Of a stretch of 64,000 nt of DNA, positions 20,254 to 30,486 are shown piece after piece. The number at the start of each line of letters is the position of its first letter. Position 1 is the first letter of the stretch. Location of the stretch: IMG/VR virus record IMGVR_UViG_3300050821_003315; one strand, given 5' to 3'. The position numbers and the translations under genes were made by a program. The notes beneath the pieces were generated by a model. That model was not told the DNA's origin, did not search any database, and saw nothing but the letters and a program-made list of their open reading frames with translations. The DNA comes from a virus.

Positions 20254-20454
20254 ATGGCTAACAGCTATGAGGTCGACTTCAAGGTTCTTTCCACTGACAC
20301 CGTTGAGGTGGAGGCGGACGGCGCTTTCAGCGCGGTTGCTGCTGCGCAGGCTGCCAGTGGTGAGGACACTCCTATCGTCGTGACCGGCGTTCGGCGCGTC
20401 CGTAACGATGGCCGGGGTACCTACCCGGTTGCCACCGTGCGCAAGCGTGACTAA
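20254..20454 (+). CDS. Hypothetical protein
   Basis: GAGGA RBS; flanked by TACAACTGAATA repeats. Confidence 0.7.
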   Translation: MANSYEVDFKVLSTDTVEVEADGAFSAVAAAQAASGEDTPIVVTGVRRVRNDGRGTYPVATVRKRD

Positions 20455-20901
20455 TCATCGCAGGTACAACTGAATAAACAATTAAATAAGTAAATGCAGG
20501 CTGGGAGCAGCGCGCGCCGCTACTCCTGGCCTGCCTCCAAAAGACTTAAGGGGACGGCAATGAGCAGGGAAGCGTTTTGGTGGATGGCAGGTGCGCTAAC
20601 TTGCCTTGCTGCCATGATTATAGTGAACGTGATGCTGCATCCCCATGTTTTTGGTACGTTTTTCCTCGTGCCTGAATTCTTCTGCCTTGCTCGTTACAGC
20701 ATAGTGATGAGGAGGCGTGCGTGAATCCAATGTGGTGGTTCGCTGGCATGATGGTATCCCTGATTGCCCTGATAGCTACGCTTCCGTTCATTCATTCATG
20801 GGCGATGGTATTCCTGTTGCCTGAAGCCATTTGCCTGTTCCTTTTGTACAGGGCCACGCGCGTATCTTAGCGCGTCCAAGTCTAGAGAGGTTGGAGCTCT
20901 T

Positions 20902-22209
20902 ATGACTGAGAACACTATTGATGCCAGCGCTCTTGACGAGACGCGCGAATTCGTTTCTGAGATTCTTTACGCGAACAGTGCAAAGCTGGACGCTTTTACC
21001 CTTGCGCTTGCCCTGTCGCACTTGTGTGATGCGGTTACCGCTGTTCCCCGTGTCCTGTTCCGTGGCAAGCACCCGCAGTCCGGTAAGACCACCGGTCTGG
21101 ACATCGCTAAGCTGCTAGCGGGCAATCCTCTTGATGGCTCGGGTACTACTCCCGGTCTGTCGTCTGCGTACATCAACAACGACGGTAAGCCTGCACTGTC
21201 CGTGGTCAAGGATGAGATTCACCATATCTTTGGCCGTAACGGTCTTGGTGGCCAGTCGCATCCGCTGTATGACCCGATGGTTCGGGGTTACCGGAAGAAC
21301 GCCACCCACCTGTTCAGCAGTGGGCACAATGCTAACCTCGTCAGCATTTACGGCATGTGTTTTCTTGCTGGACTGGGCAATGCCGTTCCCGCTGACCTTC
21401 TGTCACGGTGCATCATCATCGACATGGACCCTAAGCCTGGTTCGATGATGCTGCGTAACTCTGGTGCCGATGACACCATTGTTCTGGGAGAAGCCTACAG
21501 TAAGTCTCTGCACCGTTGGGCGCGCGCTAACCAGAACTTTGTCAAGGAGTTCGCGCGTAACACTCCGGGGCACCGCATTCATCCCAAGCTGGTCAACCGT
21601 AAGGCTGAAATCTGGATTGGGCTATTCGGTATTGCTGCGGCTGCTGGTGGAGACTGGCCCGTGCGTTGCCTGATGGCCTTTGAGGAACTGGCTCTAGATG
21701 AGTCTGACCGTCCGGTGCTTACCCCGCGTGAGCAGGCTTTGCTGGACATGGCCGACGTGTTCCGTGCCAACAAGGGCGCGAAGCACCTCCCGGTTAAGAC
21801 CCTGTTTGATGGCCTGCTGACCATGCCGCACGCTGGTGAGGTTTACGATGGGCTGACTAGCAAGGGACTAGTTGACCTGATGCACCGCGCGGCTGACTGT
21901 GACTCCACCCCTAAGTGGGATAGCGGGCAGGGCAAGACTGTGCGCGTGCGGTTCCGTGACGACATTGTTCCGGCCGCTAACGCTCTCATCAAGGCTAAGT
22001 ACCCTGAGCCTGAGGTGACCAGCGATGACCCTGAGCAGTGGGAGATTGAGCTAGGGCTTGCAGACGACCCCAAGGCCAACGCTGACGGACTGAAGCGCTC
22101 ACGCGCTGCCACGCCTAAGGCTGAGGTTCCCGTGCCGTCTGAGTCCGTCTCTGAGCCTGTCAGCGCTGACAGTGCGCAGGACCGCCTGAACAAGTTGATG
22201 GGGAGGTGA
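20902..22209 (+). CDS. DUF3631-like P-loop ATPase (replication-associated)
   Basis: Walker A-like PQSGKTT, Walker B VVKDE, LLSRCIII, R.AEIW..L..IA..AGGDWP. Confidence 0.75.
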   Translation: MTENTIDASALDETREFVSEILYANSAKLDAFTLALALSHLCDAVTAVPRVLFRGKHPQSGKTTGLDIAKLLAGNPLDGSGTTPGLSSAYINNDGKPALSVVKDEIHHIFGRNGLGGQSHPLYDPMVRGYRKNATHLFSSGHNANLVSIYGMCFLAGLGNAVPADLLSRCIIIDMDPKPGSMMLRNSGADDTIVLGEAYSKSLHRWARANQNFVKEFARNTPGHRIHPKLVNRKAEIWIGLFGIAAAAGGDWPVRCLMAFEELALDESDRPVLTPREQALLDMADVFRANKGAKHLPVKTLFDGLLTMPHAGEVYDGLTSKGLVDLMHRAADCDSTPKWDSGQGKTVRVRFRDDIVPAANALIKAKYPEPEVTSDDPEQWEIELGLADDPKANADGLKRSRAATPKAEVPVPSESVSEPVSADSAQDRLNKLMGR

Positions 22210-22632
22210 GTAAATGAACTGGCCAGGTGCAGAAGCGATTACGGCAATCGTGCTAGCTATCGCACTTATCTCGTACTTCAGGTCTCGGCACTAGGAGGCA
22301 GTATGAAGATGCTTATCCGACTTGTGGCGGGCATGGCCGTTGGCTTTATGGTGCGGCGGGTGCTTCGCAAGGTCCTGTAATGGACCTGCTTATCATGGGC
22401 GTGGAGGGGACCACCGTAATGGTGGTCTTCTTCACTGTCCGGGTACTTATCCGTAACGTCCGGAGGTTCTTTAGCTAATGCCTAATCGTCCTTATGACAG
22501 GCCGGCGGGACGCGGCGCTGGCTCACGCTGGAAGCCTAAGAATCACGACCACTGGAGTAATCCCTTCCATGGCACACTAGGTAGAACTGTGATTAAGCCT
22601 GAGCCGGAAGCGGATACGGAGGGGGAAGACTA

Positions 22633-23578
22633 GTGCGGAAACTAGACGATGATAGTGGCAAGCTGAGCAATAAGGCTATTGCCGCTGCTGTTGCCGATAT
22701 CAGTGGTCCTGACCTTCTCGTGACAGACCGACAGCTTGCCATCGGCGCGCTTGTAGAAGCTGTTCGCTCCATTGCGTACGAGGAAGGTTATGCGTACGGT
22801 GCGGAATCTGCGTATGAAGATGCTGCGCAAGCCTATAGCGGTTATGAAGATGGTTACAGTGATGGTTATGACGCGGCCGTAGCAGAGTATGGGAGCTGAT
22901 TATGAATAAGGAACTTCTGATTGACGCGCTTAAGGGCGCGCGGGAATGTTATAACAAGTTCATCATGAGCCACACGAACTACAACGAGGTGAAGTCTTAC
23001 GACGAAGCGTTGTCGGAGCTTATCTTCACCATGTTCGAGTTGCCTAAGGTTTCCGAGCTTAAGGACCTAGTGCATAAGACTATTACCACGGATAACTACA
23101 TCAAGGGTGCGGCCGAGCGCATTGACGTAGTGACGATTATGCAGCAGCGTTCACGTGTACAGGCCCTTGCGGGGGAAATGCGTGACTTGATTAGCGGTGC
23201 TGCTTCGCAGGTTGATAGTCTGGTGAGTTTGTCCAATCAAGACGATTACCAGGGTGTGCGCGTTAGGCTTGATACTATCGAGAGCATGTTCTTGCGGCAC
23301 GCACTAGCACGCCTGGAGACTGTCAGGACTCTAGTTAAGGACATGTAATGACAGAAGACCTTTTCGGTGAGGACTACTGGGAAGAGTTTGACAAGGAGAA
23401 GGAACGCCAGAAGGTTCACGTTAACCCGTGGAATACATCTTGGCCCTTCACTGAGGCTATGAGCGAGGCTGAAGCAGCGCGTCAGACCGCCTTGCATGAT
23501 GCCGCTTCGCGACTGGCTGAGTACCTGCCGGGTGAGTCTTCCCTCGCACCAGACGACGACCCTACTACGGGGCACTGA
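22633..23578 (+). CDS. Three hypothetical genes (22633-22899, 22902-23348, 23348-23578)
   Basis: Track ORFs, coupled. Confidence 0.65.
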
Positions 23579-23748
23579 TGCATTTCCTAGACATCTGGCA
23601 CGCAGACTGGCAGCCGTGCGCCGGCTGCGGTAAGCAAGTGACCCAAGACAGGACCGGACAGTGGTTCGCACCGCTAGACTCCGGTGACCCGTGGTGTTGC
23701 CCTGACCCGCTAAATCCGGCACAGCCGGACCATCATCCTGAGTGCTGA
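23578..23748 (+). CDS. 56-aa Cys/His-containing protein, not in the ORF track
   Basis: TGATG coupling; QPCAGCGKQV...WCCPD...HHPEC. Confidence 0.55.
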   Translation: MHFLDIWHADWQPCAGCGKQVTQDRTGQWFAPLDSGDPWCCPDPLNPAQPDHHPEC

Positions 23749-23768
23749 CCGCTAGGTCTTCTCCGTGG

Positions 23769-23794
23769 GGAATCAGATGGCGCGTGCGCGCGTT
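23769..23794 (+). promoter_or_regulatory. SigR/SigH-type ECF promoter
   Basis: GGAAT-N18-GTT, intergenic. Confidence 0.65.
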
Positions 23795-23870
23795 GTAACA
23801 TGCTTGAGGGCATCTAACCCCGGCTCGTGGGCCGGGACTTATTGACAATGATTGCCAAGTGGGGGTCTGC

Positions 23871-24101
23871 ATGGGTCGGTTCGGTACCTGGTTTACTGGC
23901 GAGATTATCGGTCTTTGGTTTATCTGGTCTACGTACATGGCGATTAAGTTCATGACTGAGGCTGGACAGCACCAGCATGCAGCGTTCTCTCTTCACGGTC
24001 ATAATGGTGGCGTAGGCTCTCTCATCGCTATTCCCATTATTCTGTCAATTCTGATGACCCTGTTCTGGCTTGTATTCGTAGGTAGCGGAGAACTGGACTA
24101 A
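23871..24101 (+). CDS. Two-TM membrane protein
   Basis: GGGGG RBS; two hydrophobic helices. Confidence 0.6.
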   Translation: MGRFGTWFTGEIIGLWFIWSTYMAIKFMTEAGQHQHAAFSLHGHNGGVGSLIAIPIILSILMTLFWLVFVGSGELD

Positions 24102-24103
24102 TT

Positions 24104-24143
24104 CCTTACGCACATTACACAGATTTTCGATTCCTTACGCAGA
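24104..24143 (+). promoter_or_regulatory. Triple TTACNCA(C/G)A operator-like element, copy 2
   Basis: Units at 24106, 24115 and 24135. Confidence 0.6.
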
Positions 24144-24158
24144 TTCCTGGAGCACGCA

Positions 24159-24392
24159 ATGCAGTGGCGACTGATGGGCATGGACCGGTTTGATGGTGAG
24201 TTCTATTACATCAGTTCCAAGCCGTACAAGACTACTTATGACAGCTACGCTGAAGCCCAAGAGGCTGCTAGCGCTAAGCTGCAAGAACTAGAAGAGTATC
24301 AGCCGTCACGCTCTAGTGGCGGGCAGGGTGGCATTCAAGACTGGGTGTTCATACTTCATCCCGATGGGTGGAAGGAACGGAGGCTATCATGA
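24159..24392 (+). CDS. Hypothetical protein
   Basis: GGAG RBS; track ORF. Confidence 0.7.
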   Translation: MQWRLMGMDRFDGEFYYISSKPYKTTYDSYAEAQEAASAKLQELEEYQPSRSSGGQGGIQDWVFILHPDGWKERRLS

Positions 24393-24973
24393 TTCGACTT
24401 TGGCCGCTGTTCGCGGCACGTGTTGCTGCTCGGGGACAGACCCGTGCGATGGGCAGTGCTGGCAACGGCATGAACGCCGTTATCACTCAGGGCCTAGGCG
24501 GGGGCGGTCCCAACCTCGCAGGGCCTATCATGCGCGCTGGTGGCGCTGGCATGGTCGCGTCTGAGGCTGTTGCCGCCGCTGGTGTCATGGGTGCTGCCTG
24601 GTACATAAACAAGGAAGAGCGCAAGTGGGGTGGCAGCCCTGCTCAGACTCACCCTGGCCTGACTGGCATCCTTAGTGGCATCGGTGCTATCGCACTGTCG
24701 TTCATCACGTTCGGTATTGCTCAGCCCTACCCCGAGTCGCATGCTGCTGCCTGGTTCGTGCTTGTCATCGGGCTTGCGTTCGGTATTTGGGCCTTTGCCA
24801 AGGGCTGTGACTCAGCCGCTAAGAGCAAGCGTAAGAGCGGTGTTACGGTTAGCGCGCGTCCGGCACCTATCGTCAGCAGGCAAGCGTACTTTGCCAGGGA
24901 GCGAGCCAAGATGGACACACACGCCGTGGAAGCACTAGAAGTTGCGGCCAAGCTGCGAGCTAGGGGACTGTAA
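24389..24973 (+). CDS. Gly/Ala-rich membrane protein
   Basis: GGAGG RBS; ATGA overlap; TM segments. Confidence 0.65.
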   Translation: MIRLWPLFAARVAARGQTRAMGSAGNGMNAVITQGLGGGGPNLAGPIMRAGGAGMVASEAVAAAGVMGAAWYINKEERKWGGSPAQTHPGLTGILSGIGAIALSFITFGIAQPYPESHAAAWFVLVIGLAFGIWAFAKGCDSAAKSKRKSGVTVSARPAPIVSRQAYFARERAKMDTHAVEALEVAAKLRARGL

Positions 24974-25748
24974 TGCTGTTCAGGCTGTTCGCGCTTGCCT
25001 GTATGGGCGCGGGCTTGTACGTAGAGATTGGCCTGCATAGCTGGTGGTTTATAGTGCTGTTTATCCCCGCAATTCTAGTGATAATCGCGAGTTTCGTATT
25101 CCCCGGACCAGAAGGGTATTAACTTGACATACCGCTGGACAGACGAGGTAGCGCTCAAGACGCTGCGAGAGCAAACCCCCTCACAGCAGGTAATAGATAA
25201 GCTAACCCGTTTCCTTGAGTTGCGGCTAGAGGGACTTACGCCATCGGAAGCCAACAACAGGCTTGCCAAGAACACTTACGGCATTAAGTACACGGCGCAC
25301 GGCATTCAGAAGCCATTCAACACGCTAATAGACGCTGACTCTTTTGACGAGGCTATCGCCTTGTTCAAGGAATCGCGTGTAGGCGAATACGAAATCATCC
25401 TCGCCAAGAAGGGGCGCGACTAATGCTGTTCACGTTCATCGGCATCATAACCGGTATCGTCATGGCGGTCCTTATTACTTACTTCGGTCATGTGCATTCA
25501 GATATCGGCGCTATCCTCATCGGCTTCGCATGCGGGCTAGCCTGCACCACATTCGGTATATGGGTAGATAGTAACAGGAGATGGTAAATAGGTGCCTACC
25601 CCCGTAGATAAATGCAAGAACTGTCATCAATTCTGGTACGCGCATTGCGCGTGCATGGCACGTGGTGAATGCCTTTACCCAGACACGTGCCATAACTTCG
25701 CCCAATAACTAATAAGGTTCTTACCCTGAGCCTGTAAGGACACCAATA

Positions 25749-26132
25749 ATGAGTCTATTCAAGTCTCCGTGCAAGGCCATTCTATTTGGCGGCATCGTCA
25801 TCCTCGTTGGCGTGATAATTGGAATCATCGTAGTCATGGTTACGGGCGGGAGTAGTTCTACCCCCACCACGCCTCTCCAGAAGCTTCAGCACGACGGCTA
25901 CACGCAAGCTCCGGGCATCACCAACCCTTCCGCATCAGACATCGGCATCAACGGTGCTGGTCAAGCAGAGTGGGCGAGCCAGGGCTGCCAGGGTGAGAAC
26001 GGCTTTAAGGAAGCTATCTTGTCCCTCCACGATAGTGGCAAGGTTTCCGTTAATTGCTCGCAGGGTTTCCTCGTGGTTAACGCTGACACTACTAGCGACC
26101 TACTTAACTTCGCCTCTTCTCTAGGAGTATAA
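25749..26132 (+). CDS. Membrane-anchored exported protein
   Basis: AAGGA RBS; single N-terminal TM followed by a Ser/Thr linker. Confidence 0.7.
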   Translation: MSLFKSPCKAILFGGIVILVGVIIGIIVVMVTGGSSSTPTTPLQKLQHDGYTQAPGITNPSASDIGINGAGQAEWASQGCQGENGFKEAILSLHDSGKVSVNCSQGFLVVNADTTSDLLNFASSLGV

Positions 26133-26793
26133 ATGGGTGATGTTGGAAAGCTACCCGGCCGTATCAACAGTCTCGTGTTCACGAGTGGAGAACTTGAGCA
26201 GATGGCCAGTAAAGAGCCCGCCCAGGAGGACATCGTGCAGATTGAACTAGACGTGCTAATTGCGAAGCTACGTGAAGTCAAGCAGAAGGAATTTAATTCC
26301 GCTGTAGAGGGCAATCCCCGAGAGCCTGCGGAAGTTGTTGACAGTGTGGTGTGGGCACTAAGTGAGCTGACTGCGAGCTGCGCTCGCAGGCTTTACGAAG
26401 AGGTGCTGGAGTTCTACCCGGAATACGAGATGTGATGCAACCGTTGTTCTGGATAGGGCTAGCCCTGATGGCTTACGCTCTGACCCGGCTGTATCTCCGC
26501 TACCGCAAGGACAACAGGAAATGACGGATAACTGGAAAGAGCGCAGCCAGCTAGGACACGACGCTTACCAGCCTCTTAATGAGGCTAGCGGGCACTCTAG
26601 CCTGGGCAATTTCACGCTAGCGCAAGTCTGTACGACGATGGAAGACATTTCGTACGGTATTCGCAATGCAACCGCTGACGATATTCAGCGCCTGGAATGC
26701 CGAGTGCAGGACGCTAAGCAGGAACTGCAAATAGCTGTTTCTAAGTTGGTTACCGCTTCTACAAAACTTGCCGCCTATCGGCGCGCACTGTAA
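26133..26793 (+). CDS. Hypothetical genes (26133-26435, 26521-26793)
   Basis: Track ORFs with RBS. Confidence 0.6.
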
Positions 26794-26891
26794 GCCCTGT
26801 TGACGGCAGGGGAAGCAAGGGGTCTTAGGGAGGTGATACGCCTATTCGATAGCGCAGTACTAATACACCCTAAAGATAGGAAATACTTTTA

Positions 26892-27437
26892 ATGTTTCAT
26901 GCACTCGCACTTGCGACTTCCATCTACACTGCTCAGTCCGGTGACACCCTAAGCGGTATCGCCGCTAACAACGGTGTCTCGCTGAGCCAGCTGGAAGCCG
27001 CCAACCCTCAGATTAGCGACCCTAATCTCATCTACGTTGGCGAGTCCATCAACCTTTCTGGCGGTAGCGCTTCCGCGCCTGCGGAGTCGTCCCCGTCCCC
27101 GTCGTCGGTTAGCACCGACACGTCTGGCGATTCGTCCGCCATCATCTCGGGAGACTCGTCCGGCAGCTCCCAGAGTGCGCCTAGTGGCGGTTCGTCGGGC
27201 GGTAGCCTTAGTGATGTTCCGGGCGTCCCGAGCAGCTTCGCTCAGTGCGTGGCGTTCCGGGAGTCTACGAACGGAACGAACCAGGGCGCGGACGGCGGTG
27301 TGTACGGTATTATCTCGGCTTCCGGTGACGGTACTTACGCGGGTGAGCCACTGTCGCAGCAAAAGGCTGCGTTCACGCACATCTACGAGACCGTTGGCGC
27401 GTCCGCGTGGGCCGCAGACGGATGCCCCGGCACCTGA
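26892..27437 (+). CDS. LysM domain + Rpf/lytic-transglycosylase-like protein
   Basis: YTAQSGDTLSGIA...NPQISDPNLIYVGESI (LysM), Ser-rich linker, CVAFRES catalytic-Glu motif, G.SAW. Confidence 0.8.
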   Translation: MFHALALATSIYTAQSGDTLSGIAANNGVSLSQLEAANPQISDPNLIYVGESINLSGGSASAPAESSPSPSSVSTDTSGDSSAIISGDSSGSSQSAPSGGSSGGSLSDVPGVPSSFAQCVAFRESTNGTNQGADGGVYGIISASGDGTYAGEPLSQQKAAFTHIYETVGASAWAADGCPGT

Positions 27438-27457
27438 TAAGTAAGTAAGTAGATAGC

Positions 27458-27487
27458 GCGGGGCGGCAACGACGCCGCCCCGCTTTC
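27458..27487 (+). terminator. Rho-independent terminator
   Basis: GCGGGGCGGC-aacgac-GCCGCCCCGC-TTTC. Confidence 0.7.
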
Positions 27488-27704
27488 CCCGGAAAGGACA
27501 TGCGATGACTGCATGGAGCGTTAAGGGCGTAAGTAATAACATTAAGCACGCTCTGTCGTCTGACCATAGGTTCTCTCGCATTCGCGATGCGCATCCGGGA
27601 CAAAATTTTGTTACCGGCAATAGCCACAAGCTCATTCTCCAGACAGTTGATGGCGGCAAGTTCCTGGTAACCATTGAGCCTATTCAAGAATGGAGCAGAG
27701 TGTA

Positions 27705-28172
27705 ATGGTTGCATTCTGGTGGGCTTTCTCCGTAATCTCGTACATAATCGGTGCGGGTATTTCAGTTAAGCGCGTTGGCTGGTTCTTTGTAGATAAGGAC
27801 TACTGCTACAGCGAACTTACAGACCTTGAAGAGGAATGGATTCTAGTTGCGCTATACGCACTTCTATGGCCTGCGTGCGCACCCCCCACTCTCTTTGTCC
27901 TAGGTATAAGGCGAACTATTATCGGCGTAGGACTAGGGCGCTGGTTCAACAGCAAGCCAATGCCGCGCGCTGAGCGCAAGTCCCTTCGCAAGCGGGAACG
28001 CCTGGACAAGCTTAACGACGCCATTAAGGCTGCTGAGGTAGAACTGGCCAAGGTCAACGCGAACCTCCGTTCGCTGCAAGCCGGTCCCGTTCCTGAGCCT
28101 GCTATACCGCCGCCCCCGCCGCCGCCGTTGCCTGGCTACAAGTATGAAGTTCTCGGACACAGAGGCTCGTAA
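27705..28172 (+). CDS. Membrane protein with coiled coil, paralogue A
   Basis: MVAFWWAFSVISY...LWPA...ERK..RKRERL.KLN. Confidence 0.75.
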   Translation: MVAFWWAFSVISYIIGAGISVKRVGWFFVDKDYCYSELTDLEEEWILVALYALLWPACAPPTLFVLGIRRTIIGVGLGRWFNSKPMPRAERKSLRKRERLDKLNDAIKAAEVELAKVNANLRSLQAGPVPEPAIPPPPPPPLPGYKYEVLGHRGS

Positions 28173-28174
28173 TC

Positions 28175-28621
28175 ATGATTGCTTTCTGGTGGGCTTTCTC
28201 CGTAATCTCATACCTCGTCGGGAGTGTTATTACCTTTCGCCAAGTGCTGTGGCACATGCATCGGTACAACAGGCGCGAGTATCCCGCACTATACGGAGGC
28301 CGCGATATAAGTGAAACTCTTAGCGCGGACGCGCCAATCATAGGTATGGTAGCACTCTTCTGGCCTGCAACGGTCCCAGTGATGCTCGCGTATAAGGGCA
28401 CGAGAGCTACAGCTAGAGCAACCAACCTAAGCAGGTGGATAATGACGGAGCCTGTTCCGCTATCGGAACGCAAGGCTACACGTAAGAGGGAACGGCTTAA
28501 CAAGCTTAACGAAGACATCAAGAACGCTGAGCGAGAACTAGACAAGGTAACTAGCTTGGTTCAGGAACTACAGCAGCCCGAGCACCACAAGTACGGTTAT
28601 CCCGGACACAGAGGCTATTAA
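28175..28621 (+). CDS. Membrane protein with coiled coil, paralogue B
   Basis: MIAFWWAFSVISY; shares 5' DNA TTCTGGTGGGCTTTCTCCGTAATCTC with paralogue A. Confidence 0.75.
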   Translation: MIAFWWAFSVISYLVGSVITFRQVLWHMHRYNRREYPALYGGRDISETLSADAPIIGMVALFWPATVPVMLAYKGTRATARATNLSRWIMTEPVPLSERKATRKRERLNKLNEDIKNAERELDKVTSLVQELQQPEHHKYGYPGHRGY

Positions 28622-29052
28622 ATGACACTACGCGAGTACCTTAACGCCAAGCTCGGCACGCTGGAAGAGCGTATGGCTGCCATGCATCCCGAGGAACGTG
28701 AGGATTTTGAGCGCATTGCCCGCATGCGCGCGGCAGCGCGAATTGCTGACGATAGCGAGAGTGGATGCGATGGTAATCATTAAGGGCACTAGAAAGCTGA
28801 GCAAGGGAAGCAACAAGGCGACTTCACGTTGTCCACGCGTTGACCTTGCTGTTGGCGTTACTGCAACTCGCGTGCACCTGGACTTCTCCCAGGGCGGCAT
28901 GTTCGCCATGACTTGGCTCGGCTTCGCTGAGCTAGTCAATGCTGTAGTGCCGGAGGCGTGCCTGGAAGAGGCAGGGATTACGCCGTGGGAATTCAGGAAG
29001 CTTATCCTGTCAGTATCGGGTAGTTCTCCAGAAGTAGGAGAGGAAGAAAGCT

Positions 29053-29514
29053 ATGATGAGTAGTCCTGTTGTCGTGCGTAAGAGTGTCCCCGTTCGTCTC
29101 ATGATGGACGAAGCTGCTGTAGTTCTTAGCGCTGAGTTCGTTTACACGACTGCTGACCCCTACGCTGTAGAGGTTACGTTCAACACGGGTCTTGACGGGG
29201 CCGTGGTGTGGACATTTTCGCGAGAGCTGCTGAAGAGCGGGCTGACCCAGCTCAGTGGTGACGGAGACGTTAAGATTGGGCCTGCTGGCCTGATTCAGGA
29301 CAAGAGTTCCATGTTCTCACTAACTGGTGCGGGCAAGCTCATTTCCATGACGCTCACATCGCCTTATGGCGTTGCCAATTTCGTCATGAACGAGAAGCTG
29401 GTTAATGCTTTCGTTGACGACATTTACACGCTGGTGCCTGTAGGTGAGGAGCTAGAGTACCTGCACATGGATGAGGGACTAGCCGCCATCCTGGGAGAAA
29501 GCGACACGCTGTGA
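29053..29514 (+). CDS. SsgA-like sporulation/cell-division protein (SALP family)
   Basis: Y...DPYAV...F, V.WTFSRELL..GL...SG.GDVKI.P, F....Y.LVP.GEE motifs. Confidence 0.9.
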   Translation: MMSSPVVVRKSVPVRLMMDEAAVVLSAEFVYTTADPYAVEVTFNTGLDGAVVWTFSRELLKSGLTQLSGDGDVKIGPAGLIQDKSSMFSLTGAGKLISMTLTSPYGVANFVMNEKLVNAFVDDIYTLVPVGEELEYLHMDEGLAAILGESDTL

Positions 29515-30162
29515 CCTTCCACCGTAACCGCTATGTTATTGATGCCTTGCAAGTAGCTCAAGCTCAGGTAGACATCCTAACTGGTAAGCGTGACAAGGAC
29601 GCAGCGGCAGAAGTACTCGCATGGTTCATTGTCCAGCTATTCGACTTGGGGCCTGTTACTCCTGAAGTCAGCGCGGGAATGCTCAAGCGATGGCTACTAG
29701 GCGAATACTACGAGGATAACTCGGCAACAATGGTCCAAGCTCTTATTGAAGAGGGCGCTCACCAACTAGGAGGGTAGATGGACGTTCGACGCGAAGCATC
29801 AGTTAAGTACACAGTTACACTCTCTGATATAGAAGCCACCAAGCTTCAGGTTGCGCTGGGACACGAACTATCCGAGATGGATGTTGAAAAGAGCCCAGAC
29901 CTAGCCAATAACGGCACTGTAGATAGGCTACTCGGCTTGCGTCATGCACTACTGAACACGATTAGGTGATTTGATGGACATCTCGGGAAAGACAGAGAAG
30001 ACAATCACTATAGTTCTTACCGAAAAGGAGGCTTTTCGGCTCAAGAGTGCCCTGCACCGCAATCGGACAGTTCCTGTCATGCTGCCTGTTCTGGCGGCCG
30101 ATGGCACGGCGGCTACCCTGCTCAAGCTGGAAGATGGCCTCAAGAGCGCGCTATACACCTAA
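29511..30162 (+). CDS. Small hypothetical genes (29511-29777, 29778-29969, ~29973-30160)
   Basis: Track ORFs; the last two resemble each other (T..L...EA..L..AL). Confidence 0.6.
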
Positions 30163-30207
30163 CACGCGGTAAACTAACGACAACAGTAGTACCCAGACAG
30201 GAGACCC

Positions 30208-30486
30208 ATGATGACTGAAGTTACCACTCTTGCCCTGCCAGCCGAGCAGCCGGAAGTCACCACCCAGCCGGTTTACACCATGCTTGAGACGGTTACCGAC
30301 CACACCTGCGACGGCTGCGGAGTGGGCGTTATCGCGCTCATTGAGGTCTGCCTGCCTCCTACTGACAAGCTCCCGCAGGGTGGCTCTCTGAGCCTGTGCG
30401 GGCACCATGGGCGCGCGTTCGGCTTCGAGCCGCACCAGCACCCGTCACTGGCCAACGAGAACAAGCTTCAGGGTTCGGACCACTAA
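30208..30486 (+). CDS. Actinobacterial-type small zinc-binding protein (CDGCG...LCGHH)
   Basis: AGGAG RBS; CxxC...CxxH motif. Confidence 0.65.
   Translation: MMTEVTTLALPAEQPEVTTQPVYTMLETVTDHTCDGCGVGVIALIEVCLPPTDKLPQGGSLSLCGHHGRAFGFEPHQHPSLANENKLQGSDH

Noticed and set aside
26794-26891. c-di-AMP (ydaO) riboswitch upstream of the Rpf-like gene
   Set aside because: The interval is too short and lacks recognisable motifs.
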